A stretch of DNA of 62,890 nucleotides, the filler included, from Lenisia limosa (Eukaryota; Protista; Breviatea), in assembly GCA_001655205.1 (NCBI GenBank). It is 11 parts of 11 records of this genome, joined end to end, with 100 filler letters (N's around TTAATTAATTAA, not from the genome) between each part and the next. Parts side by side here need not be neighbours in the genome. Positions count along the whole stretch, not along the records: positions 31,879 to 44,831 come from LPNZ01007579.1; positions 44,932 to 48,168 come from LPNZ01005885.1; 9 more parts are not named here. One strand, 5' to 3'. Made by a program: the position numbers and the translations under genes. Positions within the stretch are counted from its first letter, which is position 1. Each line of letters begins with the position of its first letter. Below, piece by piece: positions 34,425 through 47,211 of this stretch. Under the pieces are notes generated by a model. It worked only from the letters and a program-made list of their open reading frames with translations, searched no databases and was not told where the DNA came from.

Positions 34425-37037
34425 TTAGTCCCAGTCTTCATCGTCATCATCCTCGTCCCAGTCATCGTCCTCTGACTCGGACTCGTTGTCTTCCTTCATA
34501 GCACCACGACGGCCCGCCATGGCACTGGCAAGAATGGAAGCCATGTCTAAAGCGTCAAACAGAACCATGGTCATCAGTGTGGGTCAAAGAAGAAAAGGCA
34601 GCTTTTAAGACAGCCCACCAACCGGTCCCTCCACCGCCAGCTGGCTCAGGTTCCTTCTCAACAGGTGCCGTCTTTTTCAGCTTCATTCCGCCTTGAATCT
34701 AGCCAGTGAGACAAGGAAAGAGAAGGAAAGAGAAGACCATTTAAGGTATCATGTAGTTGTTATCCTATCAATGTATCATGTAGTTGAAAAAGGGGTTGAC
34801 AGCCAAGAGCCAACCTGGGCCATGAGGCCACCAGCGCCACTGGGAGGAGCCGCAGGACTCTCTGCGCGATCTTCAGCCGACTTGAGCTGCGTTCCGCTTT
34901 GAATCTACAATGATGAACAATGGTGATCTGAGCTGAAGGCCTGAACAGCACCGCACCTGAGAAAGGAGGGCGTTTGGAGCTGCGGGGGCGGGAGGGGCTC
35001 CTCCGCCGCCGCGAGCAGGAGCTGCAGGAGCTGCCGGAGGAGGGGGACTAAATGGTGAGATGACATTAAAGATAGCAATGTTATAGACAGAGCCCCCTTA
35101 CGGTCCGCCACCACGACCTGGAGGAGGAGGAGGCCTAAATCGTAAAAACAAATAATGCTGCTAGAGATTAATCAACCCCGAAAAATAGATTATATAATAA
35201 GCCCCCCCATACGCGCCACCTCTGCCGGGAGGGGGTGGAGGGCCTCCGCGACCGGGGGGAGGAGGGGGTCCACCACGTCCTAAATAATAAGATATCTGGG
35301 GTATCGGAGTGTGTATCTGATTAAACCGTACCAGGGGGAGGAGGGGCACCGCCACGNNNNNNNNNNNNNNNNNNNNNNNNNNNNNNNNNNNNNNNNNNGT
35401 TTGGCAACGGCTGAAAAGGGAAGAACGCGTACCGGGAGGAGGAGGAGCACCACCGCGACCGGGGGGAGGGGGGGCTCCACCGCGCCTGAATAGTTAGCCT
35501 TCGTTGGCGGTTGGACTGATGTAATACATAGCAATGAGAATAAGGTTGTATCTNNNNNNNNNNNNNNNNNNNNNNNNNNNNNNNNNNNNNNNNNNNNNNN
35601 NNNNNNNNNNNNNNNNNNNNNNNNNNNNNNNNNNNNNNNNNNNNNNNNNNNNNNNNNNNNNNNNNNNNNNNNNNNNNNNNNNNNNNNNNNNNNNNNNNNT
35701 GGGAGGGGGAGGGGCACCACGAGAGCGGCCAGGAGGAGGGGGAGGACCACCGCTGCGTCCTGAGGCAGTAAAAACAGAAAAAATGTTGAAATCGTCCTGA
35801 GGCAGGAAAAACGGAGAGAATGTTGAAAGTGTACAAAGTGAGTATCACAGCAGTTGAAGCTCTTAACAAAACATGACCAACCAGGAGGAGGAGGGCCACG
35901 GCCAGGAATGCTAGGAGGCTTCTCCTGGGCAATTTCGTTGAATTTCTTTCCGGTGGCGTTCTCCATGGTCTCAACAATGTGCTGAACAGTTGGATATTTC
36001 ATCGGTTGTAAACACTGTGCACACAGCTCTCTCAACCTAATACCTTGGCAGTGTCAGCATCCTTGAGGTCGGATTTTTTGATACCGGCGCTCTAATGCGT
36101 AAATAAATAAAAAAAAAAGGGGGGGGGGGAGGAGGGGGGTGTCATCATCATCACATGACTTCTTTGCACACTTTGAAGAGCTTTTTCCACTCATCAGGAA
36201 TGTTGTTGACGTCGAATCCGGACGACTCACTGAAACCAATGTGCGACTCATGACGGAAGTTCTTGGGAGTCAAAAAGGTTACAAAAAGGTTCCATCAAGG
36301 AATGGGTTAACAAGATATCCTCCAACAGTGGGGCCAGAGATGACCATTTCCTTCTTTCCTGCCTTCTTGCCGATAGTGCCAGAAGACTTCTTGGCCTTCT
36401 TGCGCTCAACAGGAGCTGTAGTATGAGAACATGCTCGAGAAGTAGTGGAAATAATATGTATATTATATCAAAAAAAAAAAAAAANNNNNNNNNNNNNNNN
36501 NNNNNNNNNNNNNNNNNNNNNNNNNNNNNNNNNNNNNNNNNNNNNNNNNNNNNNNTTCTTGCAGTCTGCCTCATCAGCAAAGGAGAGTCCAACAGGACAG
36601 TCCTATACGGTGAATACTGTTGAGCTATATCTGAAGGACTCATATTGAGTTCGAGCAAACATGGCCATTGAAAGAGATGAAGAAAGGCTTGTCATGACTG
36701 CAAGTGAACCCGTAGAACAGCTCTTGCTCCCAAAGCATATCCTTTCCCTAAAAATAATGATAATGAGCAGCAAGAAGACAGCAACCAACGTGAAGGTCGA
36801 AAATTCTGAGATAAGTTGCCTTGGGCTTTGACCCACAAAACAGGCCAAGTGCTCCAAAAACTTGCTTGTAAACCCATTGTCCTCCTTCTCCGAAATAGAG
36901 CCTTGCAACAGTCTGGGAAACTACCTTGAGATAGTAAACTCAAAACCTCTTCATGCACCAACCTTTTCAGCTTTTTCTTTTCCAAAGGCAGCACAAATGG
37001 CCTTATCATCGTCAGTTAAGACGGAGAATTTCGACAT
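34425..37037 (-). CDS. WASP: WASP homolog (WH1, CRIB, poly-Pro, two WH2, C, acidic tail)
   Basis: WH1: LWEQELFYGF...DCPVGLSFADEADC. CRIB: ISGPT|NFRHESHIGF...DVNNIPDEWKKLFK|SAGIKKSDLKD. RGGPPPPP repeats. WH2: LLSQ|IQSGTQLKS and LMAQ|IQGGMKLKK. Tail: MASILASAMAGRRGAM...DDDWDEDDDDEDWD*. Confidence 0.92.
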
Positions 37038-37342
37038 TACTTCCTTTTTTCGGTACTAAATCAATCTTTTTCAGCAATAATAATATAAACAAACAGTGTA
37101 ACAGTGTGGCACAGTGGAAATAAGGATTTTTCGATTTATTTTCAAGAAGCAACAGATCTCGATGATCATATCACTTCATTTTTTGAGCAAGCAAAATTAT
37201 TTTCAGGTTAGAGGGTTAGAGGGCTTGTATAAGGGTAAGTATCGCTAATTTTGTGCCATTTTCACTTCGCCAATAGAAAAAATGCGAAAGCGGGGGAATT
37301 ATTAAGAAATCCAAAGAAAGAAAAAAATTCGGCTTAGTTGTT

Positions 37343-40300
37343 ATGTCGACTGAGGCTTCACCTTCGCCTGCACCCGCCGCGCCTCAGGCTAAACTATATA
37401 TTTCCTGCTTGACCTGCCGGAAAGCTAAGTCGAAATGCAGGTAGGATCTGATTTTTTCGCATCTGTTTTTCATAGCTTTTTTAGTGGCCCTCCAACATGC
37501 AATCTATGCAAGCGAAAAGGCGTCGGTATGCGTTGATAGAAGTAATTGCATGTTTCTTTGTTCAATTGTTTTGGAGTTTTCCTTCAACCTCTGAATGAAC
37601 CGATTTGCAGTTCATCCGTCCTGACTGCTCACCGTCTAGAATGTGTCTTTGTCAACAGGAGGAAACCTGGTCCAAAGGTTGATAAGAAAGAAAAGTGGGT
37701 GGAATTCCCATTTCTAATTATATGAACATCCCTTGTTGTGTGTTTTAGATTTGGGCACCCATGTTACGTGTTTAGAAAAGGAAATGCAGTCCCGCGTAAG
37801 GTGACTGAGCATCCCCCAGTTTCCTCTCCAAAGTAGGCGTGTCAACTCTGTTCAGAAGTTTTGAAGAATATAAAATAATAGTGTTTTGTTTGTGCTTCTG
37901 TGCAAGTTGATAACGTTCACAAGTCACCTTTTTTGTTTTGTTTTTGTAGCTGTATTTACATTTTTCTACTCTTTTGATGCCGTTTTAGTGAACCCATTTC
38001 GGCAGCACAGCCAGCAAAACTGTTACCCTATCATGCCCCAGTCCAGCCCAATCCCTCCTACCAGCAACACCAGGGTATGCTTCATGTCAATCAAGCTGAA
38101 TTATTCGAAACATTTTCGGTTTCTTTAATACTCTCTTTTGAATACGATCCATGGATCGTTACAAAATTGTCAGCACACGTTTCAAGCGTCTCACTACTCA
38201 GTCCCACAACCCTTCATGCCCAACTTCCAAATGCCTTTCACAGGAAACCAGCCAGCATTGCCACCAATGGATCAGCTGATGAGTTGGCGGATTTTCATTG
38301 ATATCTTACATGAATACAAGTGATAGGAGCTGACGAATCTTAAGCCATTACATTTCCACTTTTTGATGGGAGTCTATTTTACTGTTCAGACCCTGCGAGC
38401 GTGACGTCCATGCAGAGCCAGGCCGGCATAATACAGAAGATTGCCGAGCTTCAGGTACACTGATTTCACACTTCTCATAACCCGCATCTTCATAATATAG
38501 TTGTTCCTCATGGCTTTTTAGGCACTCCTGTCCCAGCCATCAGGATACACGAATCAGAGCCCCATTATGCCCCCATCGCTATCGCCCCTTATCCAACCCT
38601 CGATATCGGGTCAAATTGATATGGCGGCAGGGGGGATCCGAATGCCATCACCGACATTACCGTTCATCCCGTCGTTATCGCCTTTTGAGGCAATGTGGGT
38701 TCCCTTTGTGTTTTTAACTACATTCATGGTATATATATATATATATATATATATCATTATTATACATTTATATCTTACACACATCTATGATATATACTAT
38801 ATGATATTATATATCATGATATACTATATAATATATAATATGATACATATTTTGTTATATTGACTTAGGTTCATATATGGCCGCCATCGGGAAGATCTAC
38901 CCCTTGAAATTGATCGATTTAGCACCCCGGCGTACCCCCAGAGCCCTGTTTTTGACCCGTCATTCTCGCCACTGATGAATAATATGTCTCCCATCCCGCC
39001 ACCTGCCGACCACCCCTACGTGGGCCAGCCCCTCATGTCACCTGTCCCCACTCCCAACCCGGTATACTTGGGATCTGATTTTTTTTATTACAATGTTGTT
39101 TTTTTTTTCTCCAACCCAAGTTTTTTCCAAGGAATATCGATATAATTTTTCTTCGAGGAAACATGAGTTTACGAAGCGAACAAGTGTTTTAATCGAGGGG
39201 ATTATTCGAATGGAAAAAACTAGGTTAGGTATTTTCCTACTTTAGTTTTCCTGTAATTTTATGCTCTCTATTCCATGACAGCTCCCCCCCCCCCCANNNN
39301 NNNNNNNNNNNNNNNNNNNNNNNNNNNNNNNNNNNNNNNNNNNNNNNNNNNNNNNNNNNNNNNNNNNNNCAGAAGTTTCGCATCCCGTGCCGCCACTCAG
39401 CCCAATACAAGTTTGTTGGGTATTTTGGTCCTCCTGCGCCACGCCATTCTCACGTTTTAGGCGTTGCCGCAAGCCTTAACGCCGAACCCCCCACAATCAA
39501 TACTGGTATGTTTAACGCTTTAATACCGTGAAGGAGATCTTAATTCTGATAAAACATAGTGATAAACAACTATCAAATATTTTCGTAAACTGTCCTTCTC
39601 CAAGCCCTTTTAACCAACCCAGCCGCTTTCCCCCATAAATACGTGCAACATAGTGCGGGTTGAGGAGCCTCAAGTGGAAGAAAACACAAACGTGGTTGCC
39701 AAGAGCCCTCCACTTCTCAAGTGAGGGGATGAGGGGGAGGGGATTGCAAGTGATGATCTCGAATGCCATGGCATTTTTTCCAAACTTTTGCGGTTATCAG
39801 GCTTAATGACCAACAGGGACGAAAGCGTTGAGAGAGCCTCTTCATTGAAGCGGTCCTTGGAATCGCCTGAAGTCGGACCCCCTTCTGCCCCACAACTCTC
39901 ACCCATTTTCCCGTCAACCTCGTCCAATCAGAGAATCTCAGTTTCCCCCCTGTCAGGTTTGGACCCCAGACAGCCGAACTTATCAGCAGGAAACGCCTTG
40001 CCCTCGAACGGAATTAGTGCTCCGTCGGCACAATCTTGTCTTCCGTCAGCTACATCAACTTCATTATCCATTTCGCCGGTCTGTTGGGACAATGTATTCT
40101 CACCGTGTTAAATCCTGTCAGAGCCTTTTCTGACCCCTTCAGCTTCAGGGACAGATTGTCAGCAAATGGGGAGACGTGTCTCTTCGACTCAAAAGCGTAT
40201 GTAAAAAGGCTTTTCCGTTCACATAAACATTTTAACATATTTAGGTTTTGGAGAAGCATCCTTTGCCGCCAATCTCGAAGAGCAAATCTCCACACCCGCC

Positions 40301-43300
40301 AATTGCAAACGTTGTTCATCAGCATCGCCTCTCTGTAGAGTCGTATAGGGAAAAGGTTTGTGAGCCATAGCCAGATGACCCACTCGTCCATTTAGGCGTC
40401 GGCAAATAAGAAACGAAAGAAGGAATCAACGTCGATAAACGCTGACCTTATTGCTGAGCACAAAAAACAGGTAGACTAAGAGTGATTATTGGAGACGGAG
40501 CACTATTCTATTCTATTTCAAGGCTTACATTTTTTACAGATTATGATCACACAACCTCCGAGAAGACAGTCTTCACAACCTGCTGAGGTTTGTTAAGACT
40601 TTTCCAAACCTGGTGATACTTTTTAGCGCACTCAGCACTTGAGCTTTGACTATCTGATTGAGCCAGTCTCCAAACGGTCCGATATAATCGGTATGCCAAG
40701 GGCTTTTGTCCTTTGGGATCACCAAAAACATTTAATTCTTGAATATAATATGATATGGGAGTATTTCAATGCAACATCATGAAGGGGCAACCCCACTTGT
40801 GATTAACACATTCAGAGCTCTATTTCCGACTTGAACAAGGCAATGTTTTCAACTTCCAACCTTCAGATCTCATTCACCCGCAATCTCCTGTGGGCTTTGT
40901 TCATTTTGTGATCAAACAGAACACGCAGTACGTTTTCTGACACTTCAGGGTGACGCAGCACTGATGTTTGCTATTGCAATGAGCACAATGACTCTGGTCC
41001 AAAGATGGGATATTTCGGCCGAAATGCTCTTCGAGTTTGAGAATAATCTCCCCTCCATCGCAAATTGTCAGTGGGTAACATAGCTCAGTAATCAACTGCT
41101 TCTGTTCTGTTTTTCTCCCCTTGTACCGTCTCACGTGTAGGCGGTGACCAAAACAGTCAGTACGCTATTCTCATCATGGCTATGGCATACTTCGAATCCG
41201 GTGACACGGTTACTGCTAAAAAGGTGGGAGTTTGATTCGAATCCGGTGACACGGTTACTGCTAAAAAGGTGGGAGTTTGATTCGAATCCGGTGATACGTT
41301 ACTGCTAAAAAGGTGTTTGATTTCTAAATGAATATCCCTACAATAGGGTATCAAACTGAATCACTGAATCTTAACCATTCAGCTTGTTGACTTTATTGAA
41401 AAAGCTGGACTTAAAAAATCTGACGACCTTCGCTTCTTCCTCTATCACCTCAAAAGTCCATATATCTCAGGTATGTTTGAGTTATTTCGGTTTTTCAAGA
41501 GTACAGGCTTGTTTCAATGGCCACTAACTTATTAGAGTACACTCCCTTCCACTTCTACGAAAAGCCTTCTGGTGTCTTCGAAGTAATGATGTATGCTTCC
41601 TACCCCTTTTTTTATGAAAGCAAGAAACTGTACATAATATTATTCTTTCACCGGCTATCTCCATACTCTGTCCTTAATATACAAGATTCTTCATCAATGC
41701 TTTGGGACCAAGGTACCTGAAATGGCCAGAGCAATGGGCGCCTGACGAAATGCAGTATGTCACTCCTGGGTGCGATAATGTCACTTCTTAGAGTACCCCA
41801 AAAACCAGGACCGTTCAGCCCTCTGCATCGCCCCGGTGGAGTGCCTCGCTCCCTCACATATACGATATTAGACGGCAAAATGACCCCTTTGGAGGCTGCT
41901 TTCAGTGTTTCTTATATTGAGGTATTGCAGTGTTACTTTTGTCACCTTGTCAGCGTCTCTACAAAGGAATGTTTATCTACCTCAAGCGCCTCGGTGGTGA
42001 AACGTCCTTCTCCGCTCTCAACTTCGTCTTCTGGTACCGTATGAGGGGAGTAAAAGAAATGGTTTTGTGTATAGTTTGATTTTCTTGTCATATTTTTCAG
42101 TAATTTTGTCATCATTGGTCCACTTCCGCTGCGCACAATACGACCAAGGTGCCTTCCTGGCTTCTGCCACCATTGCAATGCTCGAGGTTTGCATTGCCTC
42201 TCGGCCTTCTGTTTTACTGCCCCCCCCCCCCAGGCGAACAGGGAGTTCATTCTCAGGTGGATGAGCTGCACAATAGAAATGCTGATTCACATTGTCAGCT
42301 TCCTGGCAACTTGCAACCAGGTACGACCTCAACTTGATTGTTCATGTTTTAGATTGATCTCATGGTGACTCTCTACCGCTGCCTCGCAAAATCCGGTTGG
42401 AGATGGAGGGGAGGTGGCAATGTTAACTATTTCTCTTTCTTCATGTAGCACGCCATAAAAGTGCAACATCCCTTAATTCGTAATCTGACAACTTCAGAAG
42501 CACAAACTGTCTCTTCCATCAAAGTCCTCGATGCACTTGACGAATATCTTGAAGTTCTCGTTCCAGGCCACCAGAAGCACAGCTTGAAAGTGGTAGGCCC
42601 AGTCATAGGAATTCACCTCCAGTCGGAGTCCAAAACGGGAAGTCTCATCCTTGAGCGTCTGATGTGGGCCTCACATAGTCTTCCAAAGCTGCCGTCCTCG
42701 TTCTCTGCTTCCGTATCATGCCCCGAAGATTTGGCCAAGTTCTCTAAGCAAAATGGCAGTCCTTACGTGGGTACAAGTAAATCGAATTTTGTTTTTTTTT
42801 GTCAGACTTTTAGATATGATATGAAGTTGTTTATTTTATAACCTCTGTTTTTTTTTACTTTTTTTTTAATCCAGATTATTCCTCCAATTGCCTTGGTTGC
42901 TGTTCGGCTGTCCACAAACCTGAGCACAGCGTTGGACACTTCACGACATGTTCGCGCCAGAATCCGTGAATTGACTCCTTCTGAGCCACTTTCCGACCCG
43001 ATTGGTGAGATACTGTGTTTGTCTTAACCTTGGTAATAAAACTCATGCTGGTTGGGCCTTTGTTCTAGTTGTCTCAAGTGCAGCTGAAAGACTTGGCTTT
43101 GTTACATTTGAATTTTATTACTCAGTCCCCATGAACCCCCAATCGCCGCCGTTGTCACCAAAGTTGCGATACGGAGGCTTGAGGACCTCGCCTCTGGTCT
43201 GGGATACTGAAGGTTCGAGAAGCTTTATCCAGGACTGTTTTGCTTGCCATTGTTCCCATTTCTTCTCTTTACTTGGTGGTGGGGCTCTTCAAAGGCTGGC

Positions 43301-43593
43301 TCGGGCTAGTTTTTGTTTGTGTTTTTGTCATCTGGCTTTTGTCTATTGCTTGTTTTTTTTTTATTTGGTTGGAGTTTCATATTATTCGGTTCGTGATTAA
43401 TACCTTTACACCAATATTCTTCTTCGAAGTTTCCTTCTCTTTACTCCCCCCCTTAGAGCCGCCATTTGATCTTCAGTACTCCGGGATTGAACAGGACCCT
43501 CTTCAAGAGTTCGACATTCCTGCTTCCCCAAACGACGACCCCTTTTTCTTTGGTGCGACGCTTCCCACGTGCCACTCCAGTTCCGCGTTTTAG
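37343..43593 (+). CDS. Gal4-type Zn(II)2Cys6 transcription factor; continuity beyond ~40700 to 43593 is inferred
   Basis: First three exons splice to ISCLTCRKAKSKC|SGPPTCNLCKRKGV|ECVFVNRRKPGPK, i.e. C-x2-C-x6-C-x5-C-x2-C-x6-C plus a basic linker. Followed by many P/S/Q-rich exons and more ordered exons from 41389 ending ...TCHSSSAF*. Confidence 0.7.
41191..41322. repeat. 45-bp tandem repeat, ~2.9 copies
   Basis: TTCGAATCCGGTGACACGGTTACTGCTAAAAAGGTGGGAGTTTGA at 41191 and 41236, diverged copy at 41281. Confidence 0.9.
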
Positions 43594-44019
43594 TTATGCT
43601 TTTTGTTATGTTGCTTTTCTTTTTGATATATGGTGTTATGTTTATTCAACCGCCCAATTACAGGCCAAATAGATACCTGGTCATACTTTTAACAAAAAGT
43701 ACTCCCCATGCTTCAAAAAAAAAAAAAGATCTTATCATTTTTATTTTTTTACTTTCAAAGTTTTTCCTCTTCTGTGTTAATTGTTTACCTGTTTTGATAT
43801 TGTTGGGTTGTTGTTGTTGTACCAGAGGAAGAACGGCAAGACCACAGAGAGAGAACATTGAGAAGAGACGAAAAACTTTACCCCTTCCTTCTTCCGTTGT
43901 TCCCTTCTCGGCTCTCCTCAAATTAATTTCTAAGGTAAGGAGGAAAGGAGGGTGGGATAATGGCAATTTATTCCTAATTTGTTAATTTGAACATGGATTC
44001 ATGATTCATGGATTACTAT

Positions 44020-44778
44020 CATGTTTCAAGGTTTGAAGGTTTGGAGAAAGCTACGTATTTGGTTTTCACTTTGTGGGAGTTTAGACATCAGGGTTGCTTT
44101 GATAAAGTTTAGAATGGGTCAGCAAAATCCACCCGAGGAACCCTTCATAATGACTCGTGCCTCAGTATCACCAATGGAAGGTTGGGGGNNNNNNNNNNNN
44201 NNNNNNNNNNNNNNNNNNNNNNNNNNNNNNNNNNNNNNNNNNNNNNNNNNNCATCATTCTGTTTTATTAAAATATTGTTGTCAATGTAGCCCCGCCTCGA
44301 TGTAGCCTGTCATCTATTTTCATATCCGGTTGTCACGCTGATGCTACTGTAGGTGATTTGGGGGTTGCATCTGTCGTTGAGCTGGAGTTCACAACAGAAA
44401 AAACGTACCCAGACTGCTCTGTTGTGATTGAAGTGGGTTTGAGCGAGGCTTCTTTTGGCTAAAAATCACTGCATTATTGTTACTTTCTCTTGGAATGTGA
44501 CTAGTGTCAAATTGAGTTATTGCACCTTTGATTTCTGACTCCTTTTAGGTAGGGGTATTCTATTCCCTATGGAAAGGGGAATAAATGACACAGTTTTATT
44601 GTAATATACAGGGTAAATACTTCTTTCCTCCTTTTCCTACATGTAGACTACTCCTCCTTGGGCTGTGTTTTTTTTCATCAACCTTTGATTTCTTTTAATA
44701 TCTATCTCAACTCCTCGCATTACGTCTTCGGCTGGATAAGATGGTCTGGATCTGGATGTGATGTCAAAAAGTATATAG
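44020..44778 (+). CDS. Unknown multi-exon gene running off the scaffold end
   Basis: Exon-like blocks GDLGVASVVELEFTTEKTYPDCSVVIEV and WSGSGCDVKKYI|gtgagt. Confidence 0.3.
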
Positions 44779-44831
44779 GTGAGTGCACACGACCGCGACC
44801 TGTAACATAACCGCGACCGCTTTTCTGAAAT
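44772..44831 (+). repeat. Repeat family D, second copy at a putative 5' splice site
   Basis: TATATAG|GTGAGTGCACACGACCGCGACCTGTAACATAACCGCGACCGCTTTTC; 54 bp identical to the reverse complement of 31883-31936. Confidence 0.9.
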
Positions 44832-45066
44832 NNNNNNNNNNNNNNNNNNNNNNNNNNNNNNNNNNNNNNNNNNNNTTAATTAATTAANNNNNNNNNNNNN
44901 NNNNNNNNNNNNNNNNNNNNNNNNNNNNNNNAAACAAACAAAGCCCAGGTCAGTTGCTTCTACAGCACCACATCGTAATATGCAGTGTTATACGCTTTAT
45001 GATCTAATATGCGATAAAAAAAAATACACAGTTTATTATAGTTTCAACACATGCTTCACTATTTCA

Positions 45067-47211
45067 GGTTCCAGAAATAGACTCAATCTATCCCGATGGT
45101 GTACCTGAAGACGAGAACGATGATGGTGATGAAGACCTCCCATACATGTTCAACTTTGAAGGTTGGAACTAATGACATGTTGGATGAATAAGCCTCTATT
45201 AATTGATTGTTATATCTGGCCGGCTTCGACCAGATACTCCCCCTTTTTATTTTTTATTTTTTTCTCATTTCTCCATATTATTATGTCGTATGTATACTAT
45301 AAAATTAATATACGAAACGACTGAACAAATTCTGACTCTTTGAAATTGGAGTGGAGTGAAGCAGAATGAAGCAGTCTTTGTTTTGTCCATAACTCCCCAG
45401 GAAATAACGAGCCACGCAAATACCCGAAATTTGACGAGGCCCCCGTGACCATCCCCACGCCCATTGATCAAGAGATCCCAGAAGCCGACCTAAGCCCTGA
45501 CGCTGAACCAGCCGAAGAACCCTCACCGCCGCAGCAAGCTAATGGTGGGTTAATATTCTCAAGAATGGGTATTCTTTATACTGCGCAGAAAGCTGTGTGC
45601 ACAGAGTTGTAAGGCAAAAAAAATGAGGTGAATGAGTATTATACTATAATCCAATATCTCTTATAAGCGTGATGGTGTACGGCTTCGGCCAGATACAACC
45701 TTAGTTTTTTATTTCTCATTGGATGGTGGGCTGTAAAAATAAACTCACATCACATGCTAATTACATTTCTCATTTTGCAGCCTTTGATACAATCTGCCTT
45801 TTTAAAACAAGCTGTCCATTTTACGATTCCAGCAGCTCCCGCCGACGCCGCCCCGGCCGCTGACATGGCACCTGATATGGCCCCCGACGAGATGGAGCCT
45901 GAATCTGGGCCGGAATCCGAGCAAGACAAAATGGATGACGACTATTCCCCCGATTACGAGTCCCCAGAACCCCTGTCCGCCCAACAACAGCAGTTTGCCC
46001 CTCCCGCCGCCGCTCTCCCTACTCCCTCCCCCACGCACTATCCCATTCCGGTCGCCGAGCCCTCACCACCCGCAGCCCCCATTTCCCAACCATCTCCAAC
46101 TCCGGTACCCGTGGTTTCCCCGGGCCAGGTTGACCAATTTGAGGCTCCCTCAGCCATTCCAGCACTCGCCACCCCAGCTGCTGTCACCCCTCGTATTGAA
46201 GAAATCGATTTCACACCTCCCCCCATTTTCCCCTCTTCTCAGCCTTCTGTTGAAGCGATTCCCTCTCCCAACTCCAACCCAATCCCCACGCAGTCTATCC
46301 TCCAGCCCTCCGTCAAAGCCCCGCAGAGGACAAAACTTAAATTGAACTTGGTGCCGAAGGTGGGGGGGGGGGGTNNNNNNNNNNNNNNNNNNNNNNNNNN
46401 NNNNNNNNNNNNNNNNNNNNNNNNNNNNNNNNNNNNNNNNNNNNNNNNNNNNNNNNNNNNNNNNNNNTATTCTTTTTTGTATTGACCTTTCTAAAACAAG
46501 ACTATCGTTATTTACCCAATATTGATCACCTTGCAGCAAGCGCTCTCCTCTCCGTCCCCTTCCCATAGCTCGCCGTCAATATCGTCGTCATCAATCCCGT
46601 CTCCAGCCCTCCTTTCGCAGCCCAACATCATTTCAATGTCCATTGATCCCTCCAACTTCCCCCGCATTTCTCCCCATATAGACAACATTCCCACGATTTC
46701 TGCTGATATGGCGCCTCCGACTACACTTCCCCCGATGGATTTTGACCTTCTCAATTCCATCCCCTTCACGGTAAACTTTCTGCCACTGCCTCCTTCTTGT
46801 GTTTTTTTTTTTTTTNNNNNNNNNNNNNNNNNNNNNNNNNNNNNNNNNNNNNNNNNNNNNNNNNNNNNNNNNNNNNNNNNNNNNNNNNNNNNNNNNNNNN
46901 NNNNNNNNNNNNNNNNNNNNNNNNNNNNNNNNNNNNNNNNNNNNNNNNNNNNNNNNNNNNNNNNNNNNNNNNNNNNNNNNTTTTCTTTAAGGTTGCAACC
47001 AGATATCGCCTTGATCCTCAATGCCCTGACCGAAAGTATGGTCAACCGCTGGATCTCTATGCTCCTTGTTTCAATTTTGACTTTTCTGCAAATAATTAAA
47101 TAAATCCAAGATCAGAGATCTACTTTGCCAAAAATGAGGAGTGGAGGTACAAAGAGCCTATTCCGTGCCTCTCTGAGCTTGACCGAAGATCTTCATTTGG
47201 TGGTTGATCCA
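45067..47211 (+). CDS. Pro/Ser/acidic low-complexity protein, partial
   Basis: Exons VPEIDSIYPDGVPEDENDDGDED, NNEPRKYPKFDEAPVTIP..., a long P-rich exon ~45832-46360 and later exons; no domain recognised. Confidence 0.45.

Noticed and set aside
38730-38860. AT/ATC-rich tracts (also ~170-210, 3990-4090, 16250-16280, 22910-22960) as ncRNA or structured elements
   Set aside because: Simple low-complexity intronic microsatellite-like sequence with no consistent ends.
41191-41322. 45-bp repeat as a CRISPR array or tRNA (contains TTCGAATCC)
   Set aside because: Units are directly adjacent with no unique spacers, there are no cas genes, and no cloverleaf or A box is present.
31879-44831. Whole scaffold as a giant TIR transposon carrying host genes
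   Set aside because: The shared block starts inside the scaffold and runs outward, and the MFSD12-like gene continues past the end. Two separate insertions that broke the assembly are more parsimonious.
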